A stretch of 64,000 nucleotides of DNA from Candidatus Terraquivivens tengchongensis (GCA_023261845.1 JALNJZ010000002.1:64001-128000); one strand, 5' to 3'. Counted from the stretch's first letter, positions 38,326 through 48,306 are shown. Made by a program: numbers and translations. The notes: generated by a model from the letters alone, not told the origin.

Positions 38326-38781
38326 ATGCTAGACGAGATGGATTTAGCAATAATACGCGAGTTGATTAAAGACGGCAGGGCATCTTATAGGAGCATAGCA
38401 AAAAAACTCGGAATATCGGTCGCGACTGTGGCTTCAAGGGTGGCGGCTTTGGAAAAAGACGGCATTATCAAAGGGTACGCAGCCCTCGTTGATTACGAGA
38501 AATTGGGCTATGAGATAACGGCCATAATAGAGCTAACTATCTCTAAGGGAAAGCTGATAGAGGTTCAACATCAAGTGGCTGAGAAGCCTAATGTGAGCAG
38601 CGTATACGACGTAACGGGTGAAACCGACTCCATAATCATTGCAAGGTTCAAGAATAGGGATGAGCTTAATAGGTTCGTGAAGTGGCTCCTGTCAATGCCT
38701 TACATCGAAAGGACCCTCACACATTTGGTGCTGGGCATAGTCAAAGAAGACCCTAGGTATCCCCTGAAGGCTGAAGGCTGA
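38326..38781 (+). CDS. Lrp/AsnC family transcriptional regulator
   Basis: LDEMDLAIIREL-DGRASY HTH, GIIKGY, YDVTGETD. Confidence 0.92.
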   Translation: MLDEMDLAIIRELIKDGRASYRSIAKKLGISVATVASRVAALEKDGIIKGYAALVDYEKLGYEITAIIELTISKGKLIEVQHQVAEKPNVSSVYDVTGETDSIIIARFKNRDELNRFVKWLLSMPYIERTLTHLVLGIVKEDPRYPLKAEG

Positions 38782-38853
38782 TAGAAAGTATTTATCTTGC
38801 CCCTTTTGATGGGTTATCGATAAAATTCCTCAACAGATGACTGGTGCTAGGGA

Positions 38854-39837
38854 ATGGGTCATAGAAAGTACTCTGCACCAAGGAGGGGTTCGTTGGCATT
38901 CTTACCTAGGGGCAGGGCCAGTCGTCTAGTGCCTAGAGTAAAGTACTGGCCTGAATACAAAGGAGAGCCGAGGCCCTTGGGTTTTTTGGCATACAAGGCC
39001 GGCGTAACGTCGGTCTACTATGTAGATACGACACCCAACTCTCCAACGCAAGGGGTTGAAGTGCAGAAACTTGCAACGATACTCTCAGCACCGCCCGTGA
39101 TCGTCGCAGGCATAGTCCTTTACAAAGACGAGGGAGGAAAGCTGGTCGAGCTGACAAAGATATGGAGTAAGAACCTCCCTCCTGATATTAAGAGAAAGAT
39201 ACCCACGTTAAGGTCAAACGAAGACGAAATGCTGGCACGTATAGAGGAGTTCAGGAAGAGCGTGTCTGAGGTCAGGTTAATAATAGCATCCCAACCTAAA
39301 CTCGTCAGACTTCCTAAGAAAAAACCCGACATACTAGAGGTGAAGGTCGGCGGTGGTGACGTGCAAAAATGTTTGGATTATGCCCTCTCTAAGCTCGGTA
39401 AGGAGTTGTCACCTACTGAGGTATTCCGAGAGGGGGAGTTTGTTGACGTTATTGCAGTTACCACTGGACATGGATTTCAAGGCGTAGTTAAGCGGTATGG
39501 TGTTAAGATACTACCTAGGAAGTCTAGGAAGACGAAAAGGGGTGTTGGCGCTATCGGACCCTGGAAGCCATCATACGTTATGTATACCGTTCCTAGAGCT
39601 GGACAGATGGGCTTTCACCGTAGGACGGAGTTCAACAAAAGGATACTCAAGCTGGAAAGTGATGGAGCAAAGCTCGTACCAAAAAGCGGATTTCATAAGT
39701 TTGGAGTACTGCGTAGTAGTGCAACAGTATTAGAGGGGAGCGTTCCTGGTACGCCGAAAAGACCTGTTGTATTAAGGATTGCAGCAAGACCTCCTACTCA
39801 TCAGGAACCTCCGCGCATCACGCTAATACAGGTGTAA
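38854..39837 (+). CDS. rpl3: 50S ribosomal protein L3
   Basis: PRRGSLAFLPR, GHGFQGVVKR, AGQMGFHRRTE. Confidence 0.97.
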   Translation: MGHRKYSAPRRGSLAFLPRGRASRLVPRVKYWPEYKGEPRPLGFLAYKAGVTSVYYVDTTPNSPTQGVEVQKLATILSAPPVIVAGIVLYKDEGGKLVELTKIWSKNLPPDIKRKIPTLRSNEDEMLARIEEFRKSVSEVRLIIASQPKLVRLPKKKPDILEVKVGGGDVQKCLDYALSKLGKELSPTEVFREGEFVDVIAVTTGHGFQGVVKRYGVKILPRKSRKTKRGVGAIGPWKPSYVMYTVPRAGQMGFHRRTEFNKRILKLESDGAKLVPKSGFHKFGVLRSSATVLEGSVPGTPKRPVVLRIAARPPTHQEPPRITLIQV

Positions 39838-39841
39838 GTAC

Positions 39842-40675
39842 ATGAGTGTCACGTCTTCTTTATTAACATCCCAGAAGGAACAAAGACCTAAGGTTCCGGT
39901 ACTTAACCTTGAGTGTAAAGAGGTTGAGCTTGTAGAGTTACCGAGAGTTTTCGATACACCACTACGTGAAGATCTTATCAAAAGAGCATACATTCATCTG
40001 ATGACACACATCCTTCAACCGAAGGGCGCTTCAAAGGCTTCTGCCCACAAGTACTCCGTAGAATCATGGGGAGCGGGCTATGGTATGGCGAGGGTATCAA
40101 GGATTAAGGGCGGTGGTACAGGAAAAGCCATGGCAGGCGGTTTTGTACCTTCCGCTGTTGGTGGCAGACCCACACATCCGCCAAAACCTGAGAAGAAAAT
40201 CCATAAGAAGTTAAATAAGAAAGAAAAGCTTGCATCCCTGCTCTCGGCGATTGCTTTTACCGCTGTACCGAGTGCAGTAAGATTAAGGGGCCACAAGCTT
40301 CCCGATAATTTGAAGCTCCCCATAGTTGTTACGGACGATATCGAAGGCGTTAGTAAAGCGAAAGAATTGAAAGTGTTCTTAGAACGGTTAGGCCTTAAAG
40401 AGGAGCTAGAAAGGTGTGAAGAAAAGAAAATCAGGGCCGGAAAAGGAAAGATGCGGGGCAGGAGGTACAAACGTAGAGTCGGCCCATTAATAGTGTGTAT
40501 GAATGACAAGGGCATCAAAAAAGCAGCTTCAAGCATTCCTGGTGTTGATTTTACTAAGTTGAGCGAATTGAGCGTGCTACACTTAGCACCTGGGGCAAAA
40601 CCCGCAAGGCTTGTGATATGGTCAAAATCAGCGTTACTATCTCTTGACTCAAAATTAGAAAAACTCTTAGCTTAA
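39842..40675 (+). CDS. rpl4: 50S ribosomal protein L4
   Basis: ESWGAGYGMARV, RAGKGKMRGR, HLAPG. Confidence 0.96.
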   Translation: MSVTSSLLTSQKEQRPKVPVLNLECKEVELVELPRVFDTPLREDLIKRAYIHLMTHILQPKGASKASAHKYSVESWGAGYGMARVSRIKGGGTGKAMAGGFVPSAVGGRPTHPPKPEKKIHKKLNKKEKLASLLSAIAFTAVPSAVRLRGHKLPDNLKLPIVVTDDIEGVSKAKELKVFLERLGLKEELERCEEKKIRAGKGKMRGRRYKRRVGPLIVCMNDKGIKKAASSIPGVDFTKLSELSVLHLAPGAKPARLVIWSKSALLSLDSKLEKLLA

Positions 40676-40708
40676 AACCCAAGGACAACGATAGAAGGAG
40701 TTGAATAC

Positions 40709-41902
40709 GTGGAGCAACTAGCAATCCTGATCGGAACGCTTATAGCTATACTTATCGCGATTGTCATATTTAAGATAAATATTGGCATATCTCTGTTTTT
40801 AGGCACCCTATTCTTTGGTCTTATGACCCAGCCGCTTCATAATATGCCCAGTACATTATTTTCAACACTTACTAACGAAACGACTATTTTACTAATAGTA
40901 ATCTCGATAGAGATTGTTTTCTTCGTGAACATTTACTCTACTACAAAAATGATTGATGAAGCTCAATCTTATATAATGACAAAAGTCCGAAAACCTAAAC
41001 TTATTACTGTGACCATTCCTTCATTTCTGGGTCTCCTACCCATAGCAGGTGGTGCCCTTCTATCCGCACCTTTCGTCGACAAGATCGGTAACGACCTTGG
41101 ACTAAATAAAGGCGAAAAAGTTTTCATAAATGTATGGTACAGACATACGTTGCTTTTTGCTTGTCCAATCAACGATGCCCTTGTACTTACTGTTGCATTA
41201 ACTTCTATTAAACTCTCGGACTTAATATCAGGTCTACTTCCATCAATGTTCATAATGTTTACATGCGGATATCCATTGCTTATGAAAAGGAAGAGACATA
41301 TAACTACAGAGTTTGTTGAACAGCATTCTAGCGGCATGTCACTTGTCCCATTCTTGTCAGCAGTTATAGTTGCCACAATTTTATCAGTAGTCCTTAACAT
41401 GGGGCTCTATGGAATAGTCTTGGGAACTGCGACGGGCATAATTAGCGTGTTATTGATAAGTAAGCCAAAGGGCGTGAGTATTTTAAGATCGTTTATGGAT
41501 AAGAGAACGTTAACAATAACACTCGTGCTTTATTCTGCTATGTTGCTAAGAGGACTTATCATAAACACAAGCATACCGGCATCGATTAATACGTTCAGCC
41601 TTGTACTTCCACCGCTCATTATTGAAATTTTGCTCCCATTCTTTTTGGGCTATATGTTAGCCTCGATATCCGGAGCAATTGCCCTCTCATTCGCCACCTT
41701 CGCGTCCGGAATTGCATCAACCATACATGATGTTGCTTTAATTTACGGTTCCGCATTTATAGGTTACACAGTTTCACCGTTCCATCTTTGTCTTGTTTTC
41801 ACAGCAGAATACCTAAAAACCAACGTCATGAGTGCTTACAAATACATGCTACCTGCAGCTACCGTAACAATAGCCTCTCTAATCGCCTTAACGTTTGTTT
41901 GA
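40709..41902 (+). CDS. Multi-pass membrane protein, DUF401-like
   Basis: About 11 hydrophobic segments; GLLPIAGGALLSAP, NVWYRH, SPFHLCL. Confidence 0.75.
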   Translation: MEQLAILIGTLIAILIAIVIFKINIGISLFLGTLFFGLMTQPLHNMPSTLFSTLTNETTILLIVISIEIVFFVNIYSTTKMIDEAQSYIMTKVRKPKLITVTIPSFLGLLPIAGGALLSAPFVDKIGNDLGLNKGEKVFINVWYRHTLLFACPINDALVLTVALTSIKLSDLISGLLPSMFIMFTCGYPLLMKRKRHITTEFVEQHSSGMSLVPFLSAVIVATILSVVLNMGLYGIVLGTATGIISVLLISKPKGVSILRSFMDKRTLTITLVLYSAMLLRGLIINTSIPASINTFSLVLPPLIIEILLPFFLGYMLASISGAIALSFATFASGIASTIHDVALIYGSAFIGYTVSPFHLCLVFTAEYLKTNVMSAYKYMLPAATVTIASLIALTFV

Positions 41903-41904
41903 TG

Positions 41905-42474
41905 CTACTGTTCTCGTGCATTTAACATCCTAACCGACATGATAACGACCAATGCTGAAATCGTTAAGGATGCTATCAATTCCGGAATGGCCACACCTCT
42001 CCACGGAAAGAGCCAAACCACTATCGCTATAGCAGATAGAAGCAACAACGCAGTGCCCAATACTACTGAGCGCGGAGGATAGATTAAATTGTATGCTCCA
42101 AAGATTATCAGCGTTAGCGCTACGAATACGAAGAACGCGACCGAGACGTAATAATGTATTATTCCTGCAGTTTCCGGAAAGAATCCTATCATGAAGAGCG
42201 AGATCGTGCTTAGTGCGTAGAGCGTGACGCCGACCGTGCCCAAAGCACCCTTGTGAAGTCTTCTCAGACCTATGAGAAAGAAAAAAGCTAAGACGGCTGA
42301 TAACATCAATCCTAGATTGAATATAACGTTTGAAGGTTGTCTTGCGCCCAGATCACTTAGAGCATTTTCCATCCAGCTAAACCAAGGAGATATAGAGATG
42401 CTCAGCGCTATAGAAGAGTACGCCACCACGAGGCTCAATAGTCCAACTATTCCTATTAACTTCAGGCGAGGCAT
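41905..42474 (-). CDS. DUF998-like membrane protein
   Basis: PWFSWMENALSDLG, IGFFPE, AIPE; start set at ATG 42474. Confidence 0.75.
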   Translation of the reverse strand: MPRLKLIGIVGLLSLVVAYSSIALSISISPWFSWMENALSDLGARQPSNVIFNLGLMLSAVLAFFFLIGLRRLHKGALGTVGVTLYALSTISLFMIGFFPETAGIIHYYVSVAFFVFVALTLIIFGAYNLIYPPRSVVLGTALLLLSAIAIVVWLFPWRGVAIPELIASLTISALVVIMSVRMLNAREQ

Positions 42475-42628
42475 GTAATGATGAAAAAGAATGCAAGAAA
42501 TAAATTTAATTAAGTCAGACCGCATTTTGTTGCTGTCAAGTTATCATCAACCATTACCTCTAAGTTTAAGTAGGTCGCTTTTTTGAGAATCAAGTTATTT
42601 AATTAGCGCTGTATTTTTCAAAATAAGC

Positions 42629-43606
42629 ATGGAATACGTTGAGTTAGGTAAAAGTGGTTTTAAAGTTTCTGTGATAGGACTCGGCACTTGGCAAATAGGG
42701 ACAAGGCTCTGGGGATGGGGTACAGATTACAATGAGTCTGATGCTATCGCTACTATTCATCAAGCTATAGATTTAGGAATCAACTTTATAGATACTGCAG
42801 AAATTTATGGTGGAGGGAGGTCTGAAGAGATTATTGGCAAGGCCATAGCCGGTAGAAGGGATGAAGTCTTTTTAGCCACAAAAGTTTGGCTCACTAACCT
42901 TTCCTACGACAAAGTTATCAAAGCTGCCGAAAGAAGCATTAGGAGGTTAGGCGTTGATGTAATAGACCTTTATCAAGTACACTGGCCTAATCCCTTCATT
43001 CCTATAGAGCAAACGATGAGGGGTATGGAAAAACTGGTCAAGGAAGGAAAGGTGAGGTGTATAGGCGTTAGCAACTTCTCTGTTAATCAACTGAAAAGGG
43101 CACAAGAGGCGCTTTCCTCAGAAGAAATCGTCTCGAACCAGGTCGAGTACAATTTGCTGAACAGAAAAATCGAAAGGGACCTGCTACCCTATGCTAGACA
43201 AGAAAAGGTTACGATCATAGCTTATAGTCCTTTGGCTAAGGGCATATTGACTGGAAAGTATGCTCCTGGAAACGTTCCTAGAGACCTTCTGAGAAAAGTT
43301 GATATTTTGTTTTCCTCTGAGAATCTAAGAAGGGCAAATAAAATCCTTGAGGTTTTGCGCGAAATTGCTGAGCGGCGGGGGAAAGATGTATCACAAGTGG
43401 CCCTAAATTGGTTAATAAAGGAACCTACCATTCTTGCAATACCTGGTGCAAAGAGGCCGCAACATGTGAAGGTAAACGTTGGTGCTACCGGATGGAGGTT
43501 AACTGATGAAGAAGTAAAGAAAATAGATGAGGTTTCGAGTTCATTCAAACCCGAAAGACTAAAAAGTTATGCCTCTATACCCTTTAGATTGCTTAGATTT
43601 TGGTAA
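42629..43606 (+). CDS. Aldo/keto reductase
   Basis: IGLGTW, IDTAEIYG, DLYQVHWP, IGVSNF, AYSPLAKG. Confidence 0.93.
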   Translation: MEYVELGKSGFKVSVIGLGTWQIGTRLWGWGTDYNESDAIATIHQAIDLGINFIDTAEIYGGGRSEEIIGKAIAGRRDEVFLATKVWLTNLSYDKVIKAAERSIRRLGVDVIDLYQVHWPNPFIPIEQTMRGMEKLVKEGKVRCIGVSNFSVNQLKRAQEALSSEEIVSNQVEYNLLNRKIERDLLPYARQEKVTIIAYSPLAKGILTGKYAPGNVPRDLLRKVDILFSSENLRRANKILEVLREIAERRGKDVSQVALNWLIKEPTILAIPGAKRPQHVKVNVGATGWRLTDEEVKKIDEVSSSFKPERLKSYASIPFRLLRFW

Positions 43607-43654
43607 TTTAAACAGTTAAATATGGTTATCCGGCTGTATTTGTCGGAGTAAGGC

Positions 43655-44017
43655 ATGAGTATAAAGGATGAGGACGTACAGCGTATGTCCCAAGCCCTAA
43701 AGTCTGGGGCAAAACTGACATCTGAAGTATGCCCTGTATGTTCGAGTCCGATTTTTGAAATAAAAGGGGAACTTTGGTGCTTAAAATGTAATAAAAAGGT
43801 TGTTAAGATAAGAGAAGAGTCAGAGATAGCGGATGCCGTATTGCCCTACACTTTAAATAATTTAAGCGCTGTTGTTGTTGAGAAGTTAGAACAACTTTCC
43901 ATAACTCTCTCAAAACTTACGGATCCTTCTGATATAAAAAACGTGGCTGATACAATTTCTGCCCTTTTAGAGGTCCTTTCACAAAGTGAAAGTTTAAAGG
44001 AGAAATTGCGAAAATAA
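43655..44017 (+). CDS. Zn-ribbon protein, Sjogren autoantigen p27/UPF0148-like
   Basis: LKSGAKLTSEVCPVCSSPIF...WCLKC. Confidence 0.8.
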   Translation: MSIKDEDVQRMSQALKSGAKLTSEVCPVCSSPIFEIKGELWCLKCNKKVVKIREESEIADAVLPYTLNNLSAVVVEKLEQLSITLSKLTDPSDIKNVADTISALLEVLSQSESLKEKLRK

Positions 44018-44326
44018 ATGTGAAGTCACCAGACCTCTGCATCCTCGTTTTGTAATACATAAGTAATCGTCTTATGTCTAAGGCTTGAATATGTGATAAT
44101 ATATGTTAACATTATGTGAAGTGACTTTGTTAAGAATTTGTGATATGTTGGGTAACCCCACTCAATCATTTTTTGACAATTTCGGAATCATTATTAACTA
44201 ATATTACTTATTTTTTGAAAAATGTTTGTTATTGGTTGCATGAAGAATTTGTTAAATAAGCATAATTCATATTTCACAACATTATTCACAAGCTCTCATA
44301 GATGCATCCTCTATATTCCTTTATCC

Positions 44327-44354
44327 ATTTTCCATAGGAAATGCAGGGGTGTTT
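44327..44354 (+). promoter_or_regulatory. Origin recognition box ORB1
   Basis: ATTTTCCATAGGAAATGCAGGGGTGTTT: TTCCA-N-GGAAA dyad plus G-string. Confidence 0.9.
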
Positions 44355-44499
44355 GATTTTTAATTGTTAACTGTGAATAACAAATATATGGGGTTTTTCG
44401 TAAAAAATCGCCAAGGAAGTAGGCTTATTGGTCATCTAAGCTCTTATTCATTCTCAATTTGTGAAGCTTTCATTTTTTGTTGAATTTTGGTGGTAAGAG

Positions 44500-44527
44500 A
44501 AACACCCCTGCATTTCCTATGGAAAAT
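44500..44527 (-). promoter_or_regulatory. Origin recognition box ORB2 (perfect inverted copy of ORB1)
   Basis: AAACACCCCTGCATTTCCTATGGAAAAT is the exact 28-bp reverse complement of ORB1. Confidence 0.9.
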
Positions 44528-44676
44528 AGGATTTTCTATTGTTCCTTTTTATTGTGCTCTGTTTTTAATAAAAATAGAAGTTTTTGTTGAAAAAAGTAAA
44601 CCAAGAAATTTTTTCATGTAATCTATAATGACCGTACAGAGAGTAACATTCTGTTCAAAAGAAAAAGTGAGAAACA

Positions 44677-45948
44677 ATGAACAGAGAGTCAGATTTCCAA
44701 TGGAAAGTATGGGGTGCCCGGCTAGATCCGCTATCTGACCTCTTATCCACCTCATCCAAAAAAACAATATTCAAAAACAGAAATGTTTTGAGGTCGGATT
44801 ATTTACCCAATAACCTACCACATAGGTGGGAGCATATTAGACAGTTAGGTGAAATACTCGCACCAACGCTTAATAATACTAGACCTTCAAACGTCTTTAT
44901 ATATGGAAAGACAGGTACAGGTAAAACGGCTGTAGTTAAGTACACATTCAAGCGTTTTAATGAAGAAACAATCCGTAACAATTTACCGTTGAAGTTTATA
45001 TACATCAACTGTCGGATGGCCGGTACAGAGTATCGAGTATTAACGGAGCTTTGTTCATCAATAGGGCAAAAAGTACCCTTCACGGGTTTATCTAAAGCTG
45101 AGGTATTCAACAGATTCGTATCTGGTCTTTCCTCGTCTAACTTAATGGTGGTGGTTTGCTTAGATGAGGTTGACATTCTTGTTAAAAATTTTGGCGATGA
45201 TTTGCTTTATGAGCTTACAAGAGTTAACGAGTCCCTTAATAACGGACAGGTTGCCCTTGTCGGAGTTTCAAATGACTTAATGTTCAAAAATATGTTAGAC
45301 CCTAGAGTGTTAAGTAGTCTAAGCGAAGAAGAAATAGTCTTCCATCCATACACAGCATCCGAACTTATGGATATATTGAGCGAAAGGGCCGCTCTCGCAT
45401 TTAATGAGGGTACGATCTCTCAAGATATAATAGCGTTATGTGCAGCGCTTGCGGCGGCAGAACATGGCGATGCTAGGAGGGCTTTAGACTTGCTAAGGGT
45501 AGCTGGTGAGGTAGCGGAAAGGGCTGGAGCACAAAAAGTCGAGGAAAAGCACGTAAGGATGGCCCAAGGAATAATCGAAAGGGGAAGAGTCTTTGAAGCA
45601 TTATCGTCCCTTCCCTTACATAGCAAGCTGGTTTTGCTTTCTGTAGTGCTAGCGATAAAAAACGGGAATGAAATAACTTCAGGGACCTTATATACGGTCT
45701 ATAAAGAGCTATGTGAACTGCTTGGTATAGAACCCTTGACAGACAGAAGAACTAGTAGTTTGTTATCAGAACTGAACATGCTAGGGGTATTAGACTGTGA
45801 ACTCGTAAGTCTCGGAAGATATGGCAGGACCAGAAAGGTGTTCCTTACGCTACCTTTAGACGAAGTCATTGGTGTTTTTGAGAAAGATGATGTGCTTTCG
45901 AACATGTTAGGTTATGTGCCCACCTCTCTCAAAAAACGCAATACATAA
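44677..45948 (+). CDS. cdc6: ORC1/Cdc6 replication initiator (start uncertain)
   Basis: YGKTGTGKT Walker A, LDEVD Walker B, LDPRVLSSL, HGDARRALDLLR, C-terminal wHTH with GRYGRTR. Confidence 0.96.
   Translation: MNRESDFQWKVWGARLDPLSDLLSTSSKKTIFKNRNVLRSDYLPNNLPHRWEHIRQLGEILAPTLNNTRPSNVFIYGKTGTGKTAVVKYTFKRFNEETIRNNLPLKFIYINCRMAGTEYRVLTELCSSIGQKVPFTGLSKAEVFNRFVSGLSSSNLMVVVCLDEVDILVKNFGDDLLYELTRVNESLNNGQVALVGVSNDLMFKNMLDPRVLSSLSEEEIVFHPYTASELMDILSERAALAFNEGTISQDIIALCAALAAAEHGDARRALDLLRVAGEVAERAGAQKVEEKHVRMAQGIIERGRVFEALSSLPLHSKLVLLSVVLAIKNGNEITSGTLYTVYKELCELLGIEPLTDRRTSSLLSELNMLGVLDCELVSLGRYGRTRKVFLTLPLDEVIGVFEKDDVLSNMLGYVPTSLKKRNT
44694..44715 (+). promoter_or_regulatory. Third ORB overlapping the 5' end of cdc6
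   Basis: TTTCCAATGGAAAGTATGGGGT, same spacing as ORB1 core TTTCCATAGGAAATGCAGGGGT (16/22 identical). Confidence 0.75.
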
Positions 45949-45982
45949 AAACTCTCTTTAGCTAATAAGGGCAGAAGCTTAG

Positions 45983-47458
45983 TTGTCCTCAAATAATGAT
46001 AGAAAAATAATCCTAGCGGCTTTAAAGAACGGTTACCATTTAACTGAGGACGCCTTGGAAATTTTAAGAAGATCAGAAGATCCCGTCAGAACGTTAAATA
46101 TGGTGATAGAGCATGTGAGAAAAGCAGACCCAAGCTGTATAGTGCTCAATGCCAAACTTATTGAAGCACTCGTCCAACAAACAACGAAGCCGCAGGAATC
46201 AAAGCCTGTACATGAACACGAAGAGGAGCCTCTAATATGCCCTGAGATTCAAATTATTCGATATTATCCTGAGGATGCTATAATCGAAGGCCATCTCGAA
46301 GAATTTTACAGACACTTCCACAGCCGCTATATAAAACTCAGGAAAATACTCGAAGAAAGGGGCATTAAATTCGTGCCTTTATCTGAAATTATGAGGATGA
46401 GAAAAGACCAAGACGCTATCGCCGCGGTTATGGTACTGGACAAAAAGGACACGGAGAAGGCTCTAATATTTGAATGCGAGGACCCTTCAGCAAACACAAC
46501 GGTTTTCGTTCCAAAGAAAGCCAGCGATATCTTCACAAAGGCTGAGATGGTGTTGGTTGACTGTGTAGTTGGCATGAAGCTTAGAAAGGTTGACGATACG
46601 CTTCTCGTTCAAGACATCATCCAACCGGACGTTCCAATAAACCAAAAACACCCATCAACAGGGCCCGATATGTACGTGTGTTTCATATCTGACGTCCACA
46701 TTGGGAGTAAAAATTTCCGGAAAGATTTGTTTGAATCGTTTCTCGATTGGATAAATAGGAGCAGGGATGGTGAGGTTAAAAGAACGGGATATGTGGTTTT
46801 GTGTGGGGATTTAGTTGACGGTGTAGGTGTATATCCTGGACAGGAAAAGGAACTCGAAGTCGTTTCAATAAATGAACAATTTAGCATGGCTGCTAAATTT
46901 TTATCGGAAATTCCTGAACGTATTGAATTAATATATCTGCCTGGTAATCATGAACCTGTTAGAAAAGCTTTACCTCAACCTTCAGTACCAGAAGTTTACA
47001 AAAAAATATTAGAGAGTAAGCGTAAAATAACGTTCATCAGCAACCCAGCAAAAATTTTGATCGGGAACAAGCTCATATATCTATATCACGGCCAAAGTCT
47101 TGACGATTTAATTCAAACATTGCCAAACGTCTCATACAGCACATTACACGAAAGCATAGGCAAGATACTCGAGGTTATGCTACAGGTTAGACACCTTGCA
47201 CCATGTTACGGTCAGAACACGCCTATCTTACCGCTTGATAGTGACCCCTTGGTTATTGATGATGTGCCCGACATACTTTGCACAGGTCATGTACATGTAG
47301 CCGGTGTTAAGTCCTATAAGGGTGTGCTGCTTATAAACTCAGGTTGCTGGCAAGAACAAACATCATTTCAGCAAAGTTCTGGCCTTAAACCAACAGTCGG
47401 AACCGCTGTGCTTGTAAACTTGGCTGATATGTCAACGAAGATAAAGCTTTTCAGTTAA
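45983..47458 (+). CDS. polB: DNA polymerase D small (exonuclease) subunit DP1
   Basis: ISDVHIGS, GDLVDGVGVYPGQ, PGNHE, YHG, RHLAP, GHVH. Confidence 0.93.
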   Translation: MSSNNDRKIILAALKNGYHLTEDALEILRRSEDPVRTLNMVIEHVRKADPSCIVLNAKLIEALVQQTTKPQESKPVHEHEEEPLICPEIQIIRYYPEDAIIEGHLEEFYRHFHSRYIKLRKILEERGIKFVPLSEIMRMRKDQDAIAAVMVLDKKDTEKALIFECEDPSANTTVFVPKKASDIFTKAEMVLVDCVVGMKLRKVDDTLLVQDIIQPDVPINQKHPSTGPDMYVCFISDVHIGSKNFRKDLFESFLDWINRSRDGEVKRTGYVVLCGDLVDGVGVYPGQEKELEVVSINEQFSMAAKFLSEIPERIELIYLPGNHEPVRKALPQPSVPEVYKKILESKRKITFISNPAKILIGNKLIYLYHGQSLDDLIQTLPNVSYSTLHESIGKILEVMLQVRHLAPCYGQNTPILPLDSDPLVIDDVPDILCTGHVHVAGVKSYKGVLLINSGCWQEQTSFQQSSGLKPTVGTAVLVNLADMSTKIKLFS

Positions 47459-47481
47459 AAAATAATTTTTAGGTTACCTTA

Positions 47482-48306
47482 ATGTTTGCTGGAAGTATGC
47501 TCATAGGTTTTATGAATAATCCTTGGCTACCGGTGTTAGGCGAAGTCAAATTCGCTGTGGATAACAAATTCGATTTTATAGAGATGACGATAGAATATCC
47601 TGAGGCTATGCCAGAAAGGCTGCTACCTCTTTGCAAAGATATAAGGGACACACTCAGGAAAAGTGGGTTGGACATTATATGTCACGTGCCTTGGTATTTT
47701 CACATAGCTCACCCCTATTCAAGCGTGAGGATGCGTTATGTCTCAGAAACATTAAACGTCATGGAAGTGGCAAGGGCTTTAGGTGCAACCAAGATAGTCA
47801 TCCATACAGAATTTGCTGAAGGACTTCCATCAAAATATTTCTCAGAGAACCGGAACGAGATGCTCGAAAACTTCTCATCAAGCTTGGACAAGATAAAAGA
47901 GAAAGCAAACGAGTATGGTATGATGATTATGTTGGAAAATACAGACGATAAGGCTGCAACACTTGAAGAGTTGATTTGCTTACTCGATTCAAAGAATATT
48001 AAGGCAACGCTTGATGTAGGCCATGCGTTCTCGAATTACCATGGCAACAATAAATCATTAACAGACTTCATAAAGATGCTTGGTAGTAGGATAACTCATG
48101 TCCACTTAAGTGATAACTTCGGGGCTGGGGATTTGCACTTACCGATAGGTGTTGGTAGGATATGCTGGCGAGAAGTTATGTCCGAACTAAAAGATTTGGG
48201 GTATGATGGAACCATCACTTTAGAAGTTCACTCACCAGATAGGGATTACCTGCTGCTGAGCAGGGATAAGGTTTTAAAGATTTTACAGGATTTGAACTCT
48301 GTGTAA
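47482..48306 (+). CDS. Sugar phosphate isomerase/epimerase (AP endonuclease 2 TIM barrel) family
   Basis: LEN, LDVGHA, HVHLSDN, DLHLPIG, TITLEV. Confidence 0.82.
   Translation: MFAGSMLIGFMNNPWLPVLGEVKFAVDNKFDFIEMTIEYPEAMPERLLPLCKDIRDTLRKSGLDIICHVPWYFHIAHPYSSVRMRYVSETLNVMEVARALGATKIVIHTEFAEGLPSKYFSENRNEMLENFSSSLDKIKEKANEYGMMIMLENTDDKAATLEELICLLDSKNIKATLDVGHAFSNYHGNNKSLTDFIKMLGSRITHVHLSDNFGAGDLHLPIGVGRICWREVMSELKDLGYDGTITLEVHSPDRDYLLLSRDKVLKILQDLNSV

Larger units (their letters stand above)
44018..44715. other. Chromosomal replication origin (oriC) upstream of cdc6
   Basis: About 660-bp AT-rich intergenic region with inverted ORBs flanking an AT-rich stretch, immediately 5' of cdc6-DP1. Confidence 0.9.

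Noticed and set aside
44327-44527. 28-bp inverted repeats as MITE or IS ends
   Set aside because: They match the ORB pattern, sit next to cdc6, and show no target duplication or transposase
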